Below, piece by piece: positions 1-4,842 of a DNA stretch of 5,082 nt. Each line of letters begins with the position of its first letter. Within the stretch, counting starts at the first letter, position 1. The DNA comes from an uncultured archaeon (GTDB lineage: Archaea; Asgardarchaeota; Lokiarchaeia; Sigyniarchaeales; Promethearchaeaceae), in NCBI GenBank assembly GCA_964426185.1, contig CAYRPF010000061.1, forward strand, positions 2,966 to 8,047, in the 5' to 3' direction. A program made the position numbers and the translations under genes. The notes under the pieces were generated by a model. That model had not been told where the DNA came from and did not search any database. It worked only from the letters and a program-made list of their open reading frames with translations.

Positions 1-616
1 CCTTTTCATAATTTGTAGATTCACTTACTTCATGTTCCAATTTTGTTTCAAAAACGTTTTCTTTAGTATTAGCTGCTTCAATTTCGGCACGTTCTTGCAT
101 CGCTTTTTCCGTCAGTATTTTCAATTCTTGGTCCTTTTTCCATTTAGTTAAAGTAATTTCCTGTTTTTTTTTTTCTTTCTTGGTCAAATCTTCATTTGAT
201 TTAATCTCATTCAATCTTTTTTCGTAATCTTGCTCCAATTTTTCCAAACGCTGTTCCATATCAGAAATGTCGGTTTTAACGTTAAAATCTTCTTCTTCTC
301 CTTCCTTTCCTTTCTTTTCTTTCCCTTTTTCTTTTTCTTTTCTGTATTCTTTTCCTTCTATTTTATTTGAACTTTTTTGGAGAGAAGAAGAAATTTGAGA
401 ATTATATGCTATATCTCCCAGTTTATCAATCAGGTAATTAATGCGGTTGGTTATTTGCTGGAGCATGAACTTTTCATTAGGAAGATTTAATTTCTGGTAT
501 TTGAGGATTTTATAACAGATTCGTAACTCTTCTAAACTTGTTAAGGGGTTCTTACTTTCTACTTGATTGGCTTTACGTAAATGAAGATAAAACTTTTCTT
601 GTTCTGGTGTTCGCAT
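1..616 (-). CDS. Hypothetical protein, 3'-truncated by the window edge (>=205 aa): helical N-terminal domain, K/E/G low-complexity linker, then coiled coil
   Basis: Manual translation from ATG at 616 is stop-free to position 1: MRTPEQEKFYLHLRKANQVESKNPLTSLEELRICYKILKYQKLNLPNEKFMLQQITNRINYLIDKLGD...KEKEKGKEKKGKEGEEED...DMEQRLEKLEQDYEKRLNEIK...NYEK. A GGGGT purine patch lies at 634-630. Probably absent from the ORF track because no stop codon is in the window. Confidence 0.85.
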   Translation of the reverse strand, partial: MRTPEQEKFYLHLRKANQVESKNPLTSLEELRICYKILKYQKLNLPNEKFMLQQITNRINYLIDKLGDIAYNSQISSSLQKSSNKIEGKEYRKEKEKGKEKKGKEGEEEDFNVKTDISDMEQRLEKLEQDYEKRLNEIKSNEDLTKKEKKKQEITLTKWKKDQELKILTEKAMQERAEIEAANTKENVFETKLEHEVSESTNYEK

Positions 617-731
617 TGGAAATTTCTTACCCCTTAATTGATTTAAGATTAGCCCACTAGTAGCTTCTAGTTCATAATAGGGCTTTTCTTTAAATAAAAG
701 ATCCGCTTTAAATGAAAATTTGGTAATTCAC

Positions 732-790
732 AGAAGTGGTTACTTTAAGCGGGGAATTTTGCCATTCCCCAACCAGCCATCGCCACTTTT
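732..790. other. GC-rich stem-loop element in the intergenic region downstream of the TSUP gene; function unknown
   Basis: Perfect 7-bp stem GGGGAAT (751-757)/ATTCCCC (764-770) with a 6-nt loop, nested within AAGTGG (734-739)/CCACTT (783-788). Much higher GC than the flanks. Confidence 0.5.
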
Positions 791-808
791 CTTAAAATTA
801 GTTTCTTT

Positions 809-1606
809 TTAAAAACTCCATGTTTTTACCAATGTCCATACTCCAAGCCCACAAGTAATAATCCCAACCAAAGGTTGGAACTTTTCCACTTGAATCTTTT
901 TAACGGTAAGTACTGCAAAGGGAACAGAGCTTAGTGCTCCAGCTAGTAATGCTAGAACGAATTGAAAATTAAAAGGAAACGTTTTTGTTAGTATGTAAAT
1001 AATTAAAGCACCTGCACACACTGCAGCTTCTGATAAAGAAGTCGATGCCACAGCTTGTTTGGGGTTTCTATCGGTAACGATCTGTCCTGAAGAGACTAGG
1101 GGGCCATATCCACCTCCCGACATGCCTTTGTTGAATGCTGCCAGCAATCCAATCCCTACAATTTTAGCCCAACTAAATTTCCATTTGAAGTTGAGCAGAA
1201 CTAAAAGCCCCACCATAGTTACCAATATACCAATATATGTATTCACAATTGCAGCAGGGATGTTAATTGCAACCAAGGCCGCTACCACTCCCCCTAAAAC
1301 ACCAAAAATTCCTAAAATAATTGCAATTTTGGCATCTTGGGAGATCAACAGTGCTTTTTTATTGAGATTTCGATCGATTTCCAAGGTGAAGTTAGCATTA
1401 CCGGCTCTATGATGCATAATTGCTGAAATTATACCTGTAAAAAACTCTGTGATCAATATCGCTGGTACAACCATGGCCTTGTCTAGCCCTAAAATTAAAA
1501 GAATAGGAGTCAAAATGGTACCGTAGCCGCCACCTAAGGCAGAATCTATGTATTCGCACACAAGGGCCAACCCAGCTACAAAAACTAAAAACAATACGGA
1601 TTCCAT
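809..1606 (-). CDS. Sulfite exporter TauE/SafE (TSUP) family membrane transporter, 265 aa
   Basis: About 8 hydrophobic segments. Two internal repeats carry the TSUP glycine motifs (DSALGGGYGTILTP; KGMSGGGYGPLVS) and there is a 'AVASTSLSE' motif. SD-like GGTGTGA lies just upstream of the ATG. Confidence 0.9.
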   Translation of the reverse strand: MESVLFLVFVAGLALVCEYIDSALGGGYGTILTPILLILGLDKAMVVPAILITEFFTGIISAIMHHRAGNANFTLEIDRNLNKKALLISQDAKIAIILGIFGVLGGVVAALVAINIPAAIVNTYIGILVTMVGLLVLLNFKWKFSWAKIVGIGLLAAFNKGMSGGGYGPLVSSGQIVTDRNPKQAVASTSLSEAAVCAGALIIYILTKTFPFNFQFVLALLAGALSSVPFAVLTVKKIQVEKFQPLVGIITCGLGVWTLVKTWSF

Positions 1607-1611
1607 TTTTC

Positions 1612-1641
1612 ACACCAATATATATTGTAATGTATTGGTGT
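1612..1641. promoter_or_regulatory. Inverted repeat ACACCAATA-N12-TATTGGTGT covering the TSUP ribosome-binding site (operator and/or RNA hairpin)
   Basis: Perfect 9-bp arms at 1612-1620 and 1633-1641. The gene-proximal arm contains the GGTGT part of the SD-like sequence. Confidence 0.6.
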
Positions 1642-1675
1642 TGATCCATTATAAATTTTTTTCAAACCAACTTAA

Positions 1676-1687
1676 ATTTATATAAAT
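1676..1687 (-). promoter_or_regulatory. Probable TATA box of the TSUP transcript
   Basis: Palindromic ATTTATATAAAT contains the archaeal TTTATATA consensus, ~70 nt upstream of the TSUP ATG. It is flanked by direct repeats CCAACTTA (1667-1674, 1688-1695). Confidence 0.55.
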
Positions 1688-1812
1688 CCAACTTATTTTT
1701 TATGACTTAACATGCAAGTAGTGCTGTACCTTATGACATAGTTAATCTTTGTTTAGTAAAACGACTTAAAAACATAAAATATTTCTTATATTGTAACATC
1801 TGTAAAATCAAA

Positions 1813-1828
1813 ACCAATAAATATTGGT
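1813..1828. promoter_or_regulatory. Palindrome ACCAATA-AA-TATTGGT upstream of the AbrB-like gene (putative operator)
   Basis: Perfect 7-bp arms 18-33 nt upstream of ATG 1846, where a TATA box for a leaderless transcript would lie. Same half-site as the repeat at 1614-1639. Confidence 0.6.
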
Positions 1829-1845
1829 AATTCGTAAATATATTA

Positions 1846-2040
1846 ATGGTGCAAATCAACCTCGATGAAGTGTCTTTTATCAGCGAAACATCAATCACAA
1901 TCCGCAATAGCCGTCGAAGGACAACCGTCCCCAAAGAAATCGTGGAAAAATTTCACTTAAAAGATGGAGATCGCCTCCGTTGGATCCTTTTCGATGATGG
2001 AAAGATCTTGATTAATTGTGTCCATTCAAATCCGAGCTAG
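1846..2040 (+). CDS. AbrB/MazE/SpoVT-family (swapped-hairpin) DNA-binding protein, 64 aa
   Basis: RRTTVPKEIVEKFHLKDGDRLRWILFDDGKILI matches the family pattern x-TIPKEI-x3-LxLxxGDxLxW/F-x3-DGKIxI. Confidence 0.85.
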   Translation: MVQINLDEVSFISETSITIRNSRRRTTVPKEIVEKFHLKDGDRLRWILFDDGKILINCVHSNPS

Positions 2041-2301
2041 AAAAGTGCCAATAAATGACGATTCTCCTTACCCCATTAAATCTGGTAATTATATATTAAT
2101 TGAAATTCAAGATGAAGGTAAGGGTATTCCTTTAAACATTCAACATAAAGTTTTTGAACCATATTTTACCACGAAACCTAATTGAACCGGATTAGGATTG
2201 GCCACGATTTATAAATTGATGTAAAAATTCAAGGATATATTCTGTATGAATCTTTGGAAAACAAGGGCACCACTTTTTTTCTTTATTTTCCCAAGAATTA
2301 A
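2018..2301 (+). pseudogene. Remnant of a sensor histidine kinase C-terminal HATPase_c domain
   Basis: The frame from 2018 reads VSIQIRARKVPINDDSPYPIKSGNYILIEIQDEGKGIPLNIQHKVFEPYFTTKPN*TGLGLATIYKLM*, showing the G1 box DxGxGI, F box FEPYFTTK and G2 box (G)TGLGL. Stops are at 2183-2185 (TGA) and 2222-2224 (TAA). After a frameshift it continues IQGYILYESLENKGTTFFLYFPKN* to 2301. No H box or N box is present. Confidence 0.88.
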
Positions 2302-2322
2302 CTAAATCTAAAATAATTCACT

Positions 2323-2327
2323 AAAAA
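2323..2327 (-). terminator. Oligo-T tract directly after the tRNA (probable archaeal terminator)
   Basis: TTTTT on the minus strand immediately follows the discriminator base at 2328. Confidence 0.5.
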
Positions 2328-2401
2328 CGGGCTATAAGGGATTCGAACCCCTGACCAACGGATTAAGAGTCCGCCGCTCTACCTGGCTGAGCCAATAGCC
2401 C
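2328..2401 (-). tRNA. tRNA-Lys(CUU), intronless, CCA not encoded
   Basis: GGGCTATTGGCTCAGCCAGGTAGAGCGGCGGACTCTTAATCCGTTGGTCAGGGGTTCGAATCCCTTATAGCCCG. Acceptor stem GGGCTAT/ATAGCCC, D stem GCTC/GAGC, anticodon arm GCGGA-CT CTT AA-TCCGT, T loop TTCGAAT, discriminator G. Confidence 0.97.
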
Positions 2402-2418
2402 TTCTTTCTTCCATAGTG

Positions 2419-2427
2419 AAAAAAAAA
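2419..2427 (-). terminator. T9 tract downstream of rpl2 (probable terminator)
   Basis: Nine T on the minus strand, 12 nt after the rpl2 stop codon. Confidence 0.45.
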
Positions 2428-2439
2428 GTTGAAGGAAAT

Positions 2440-3159
2440 TTATCGGGTCTTGCGTCCAGATTGTCTTGCTGCGATCATACCTACTTTACGACCCGGAGGT
2501 GCGTTTCGTGAGGTTGTAGTTGGTCGACCAGATGTTTTCTTTCGGCCACCTCCGAATGGATGACTACATGCGTTCATTCCACTTGAGGTGATGACTGGCC
2601 AATTAGTAGCTTTTGTTTTCATTAAGTGAAACTTTGCACCGGCTTTCATGAAAGGTTTGGTCGTAATACCTCCTCCTGCGACAACTCCAATAGTTGCTCG
2701 GCAATTTGGGTTTAGAGTTTTACGATGGCCAGATGGAAATAGAAGTACCACTCCGTTTTCAGCGCGGGTCATTACTGTGGCAGTAGTGCCTCTGGCACGA
2801 ATGAATTTTCCTCCATCGCCTGGTTGTCCTTCAATATTGAATACTAATGAACCTTCGGGGATGTATTTCAGCGCCATAGTGTTTCCTATCTTCAAAGGGC
2901 ACTTATCGCCTATTTGAAATTGGTCTCCCATGAAGATACCTTCAGGAGGGAGCCATAAAGTGGTGGTGCCATTATCGTATTTAATACGAGCGAGGGGGGT
3001 TCCCCGGCCACCTTCGTGGATAAAATCTACTACAGTTCCAGTACGAGTTTCATTTGGGGCCGTATGAATGTATTTTACGGCACCACGTTTTTTATGTTTT
3101 GGAGATCGGAAATTTTGGGTTCCTCGTCCCCGTCTTTGAACTAGAATTCTTCTTCCCAT
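2440..3159 (-). CDS. rpl2: 50S ribosomal protein L2 (uL2), archaeal type, 239 aa
   Basis: N-terminus MGRRILVQRRGRG, plus IHEGGRGTPLA, NIEGQPGDGGKFIRARG, CRATIGVVAGGG, HPFGGG and SRNAPPGRKVGMIAAR. Start placed at ATG 3159 because the ORF-track start at 3168 is the GTG within the SD-like GTGAT. Confidence 0.98.
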   Translation of the reverse strand: MGRRILVQRRGRGTQNFRSPKHKKRGAVKYIHTAPNETRTGTVVDFIHEGGRGTPLARIKYDNGTTTLWLPPEGIFMGDQFQIGDKCPLKIGNTMALKYIPEGSLVFNIEGQPGDGGKFIRARGTTATVMTRAENGVVLLFPSGHRKTLNPNCRATIGVVAGGGITTKPFMKAGAKFHLMKTKATNWPVITSSGMNACSHPFGGGRKKTSGRPTTTSRNAPPGRKVGMIAARQSGRKTR

Positions 3160-3242
3160 ATGAATCACATAACGAAATCAAGCGCATTTGACCCGGGAAT
3201 AAGGGTTTATCGCACTTGTTCGTGAGTGATAAAAAGTTTCAT

Positions 3243-3258
3243 AATATAAATTTTTTTT
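3243..3258 (-). promoter_or_regulatory. Candidate BRE/TATA promoter of rpl2
   Basis: Minus strand AAAAAAAA-TTTATATT (A-rich BRE followed by TATA). A second candidate, GAAAC-TTTTTAT, lies at 3240-3229. Confidence 0.45.
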
Positions 3259-3493
3259 GAAAATGGTGGAATGAATGGATTAGAAAAAGTACTAATAAAA
3301 GAGCAAATGAAACGTAATAAAGGAGCAATAGAAGAGTAAGAAAAAAAAATGCTACCTATAACGAATAAAAAAAGCGTATTGGAAGAGTAAGAGAAGAATA
3401 TGAGAAGTGCTAAAAAGGTTCTAGAGAAGTGCAGGAAATAGGGGGATAAATGATGGCAAAGAATAGTTGAAAAAAGGAGTTAAAAATTAGAAA

Positions 3494-4711
3494 TTACCAA
3501 ACTTTGACTTTTCCTTCCAGAAGGTCTTGTCTTAATGTGAGATAATCGTCCAATTCTGTTTGTAGTATTTCCTTCGCCCGTAAGCTGACATTATCGAAGT
3601 TTACATTGGCTGCGGGGATAAGTTCGATATCTCCCATCCAAGGTTTATTGATTGGGTGCCCGATTTGGCTGAGAATTCTAATTTGACATTCAACCACATC
3701 GCCTTGCAATTCATCAATGATTTTTCGAGCAGCGCGATTTGCTACCAGAGAATAAAGTTTTCCCACGTGGTTATTACTGTTTTTCCCGGCAGCTGCTTCC
3801 AAGGTTTGCACCCTTCCTGGGGTGATTAAACCGTTTGCTCGATTTCCTCGACCCACTTGGCCGTCATCTCCTGCTTCAGCACTGGTACCGGTAATAGTGA
3901 GGTATAGAATATCCTTTTCTAAAATATCTCCCGTATTAACCGAAACGCGCACTTCATGGTCGCATGAAATTACACTGCAGACTTCTAATGCGGCTTGTTT
4001 CACAGTTTCCACGGCGTTAATATATTCAGATTTGTCGTGTACATATTTAGAGACCATAGCATTGCAAATGGTGAGTTCAATTTGATCTCCATTTCTCAGT
4101 CCCATGACTTTAATATCTTCGCCGGAAGCGGGGCATTTATTTTTAAATGCATCAGAATTTAAGTATTGTTCTACGTTATAAACCATCTGTTCCGTCGGGC
4201 TAAATGGAGCAAAACCCACTCCAAAACTGGTGTCATTGGCTAATGGGACCATATTCAGTCCTGCATCGTATAGTCCGGTTAAATCAACTGAGCCGCTTTT
4301 GGTGCGGGCGTCTATAATTACATCTCGATTCAGGTCAATATTTCGAAAGGTGGAAAGAAATACATCTTTAATCGTGTTGCGTAAGAGAGTTCTTACAGGT
4401 ATTTGCTGAATTTTACCATCAATCAACACAGTATCAACGGCTCGACCGATGATTTCAAATTCTTGTGGCTGGAAAATTTTACCACCTCCGAATTCTGGAA
4501 TTGCTTGTCCCGCCACATAGGCGGCTTTATCTAAATTAAGGTGAAAATATTGTCCGTATTCTTCTAAATAGTATTTTGTTAATTCACGAGAACAAGCTTC
4601 CGCAGCTTCATCTGCCACGCTGTCTGGATGGCCTTTTCCCTTACGTTCGACCATTTCGGGGAAATCGCTTAACCCAGTTGGAACACGATTCGATTTAGTT
4701 ACATGTAGCAT
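3494..4711 (-). CDS. mat: S-adenosylmethionine synthetase (methionine adenosyltransferase), archaeal type, 405 aa
   Basis: Motifs EMVERKGKGHPDS, HLNLDK, PLANDTSFGVGFAP, GEDIKVMGLR, YLTITGTSAEAGDDGQVGRGNRANGLITP and EAAAGKN..NHVGKLY. Start set at ATG 4711 (MLHVTK...), which gives the usual ~400-aa length and has SD-like GGATCTGA at 4724-4717. Confidence 0.97.
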   Translation of the reverse strand: MLHVTKSNRVPTGLSDFPEMVERKGKGHPDSVADEAAEACSRELTKYYLEEYGQYFHLNLDKAAYVAGQAIPEFGGGKIFQPQEFEIIGRAVDTVLIDGKIQQIPVRTLLRNTIKDVFLSTFRNIDLNRDVIIDARTKSGSVDLTGLYDAGLNMVPLANDTSFGVGFAPFSPTEQMVYNVEQYLNSDAFKNKCPASGEDIKVMGLRNGDQIELTICNAMVSKYVHDKSEYINAVETVKQAALEVCSVISCDHEVRVSVNTGDILEKDILYLTITGTSAEAGDDGQVGRGNRANGLITPGRVQTLEAAAGKNSNNHVGKLYSLVANRAARKIIDELQGDVVECQIRILSQIGHPINKPWMGDIELIPAANVNFDNVSLRAKEILQTELDDYLTLRQDLLEGKVKVW

Positions 4712-4716
4712 TTTTT

Positions 4717-4842
4717 TCAGATCCAATGTTAAACTCTTTACAGGATTTGTGGGTTGAAACAATCCAATGATAGGATAAGAAGTGAGAAATTTGTAAATGT
4801 TATCCTTTAATGGGTATAGACTTGCACAACCGCACAAACACC
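4717..4842 (-). promoter_or_regulatory. Structured 5' leader of mat (candidate cis-regulatory RNA)
   Basis: Long imperfect hairpin: UUUGUG-C-GGUUG (4838-4827) pairs with CAACC-CACAAA (4756-4746). Inner helix AGGAUAA (4806-4800)/UUAUCCU (4778-4772). An alternative hairpin at 4746-4721 covers the SD-like GGAU. Confidence 0.6.

Noticed and set aside
732-790. SECIS, fluoride riboswitch or tRNA-like identity for the hairpin
   Set aside because: It has AUGG rather than an AUGA/GA core, and neither neighbouring gene has an in-frame UGA within the window. GGCGAUGG lacks the downstream CGCC partner of crcB RNAs. No cloverleaf or T loop.
1221-1235. Tandem ACCAATA copies inside TSUP
   Set aside because: Explained by the codons for YIGILV, and they are direct rather than inverted.
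1059-1412. 117-aa plus-strand ORF
   Set aside because: Antisense shadow of TSUP with no recognisable features.
1407-1649. 80-aa minus-strand ORF as a functional protein
   Set aside because: Mostly an alternative frame of TSUP; kept only as a possible regulatory uORF.
1731-1934. 67-aa minus-strand ORF
   Set aside because: Antisense to the AbrB-like gene and runs through AT-rich promoter DNA.
2183-2185. In-frame TGA in the kinase fragment as selenocysteine or recoding
   Set aside because: It replaces a conserved G2-box Gly (likely GGA to TGA) and is followed by a TAA and a frameshift, which indicates decay.
1846-2301. Toxin-antitoxin pair
   Set aside because: No PIN/VapC or MazF-like ORF follows the AbrB-like gene, only the kinase relic.
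2328-2360. att site of an integrated element at the tRNA 3' end
   Set aside because: No duplicate of the tRNA 3' end and no integrase seen in the window.
2648-2917. 89-aa plus-strand ORF
   Set aside because: Antisense shadow of rpl2.
3293-3432. CRISPR array
   Set aside because: Repeats are short, differ from each other and are irregularly spaced; no cas genes.
3822-4085. 87-aa plus-strand ORF
   Set aside because: Antisense shadow of mat.
4779-4799. METTL16-type UACAGARAA motif in the leader loop
   Set aside because: The loop has only UACAAAU; the match is too poor.
4712-4837. 42-aa N-terminal extension of MAT from a TTG start (ORF track)
   Set aside because: No MAT-like sequence and no SD; the region is better explained as a structured leader. 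Not formally excluded.
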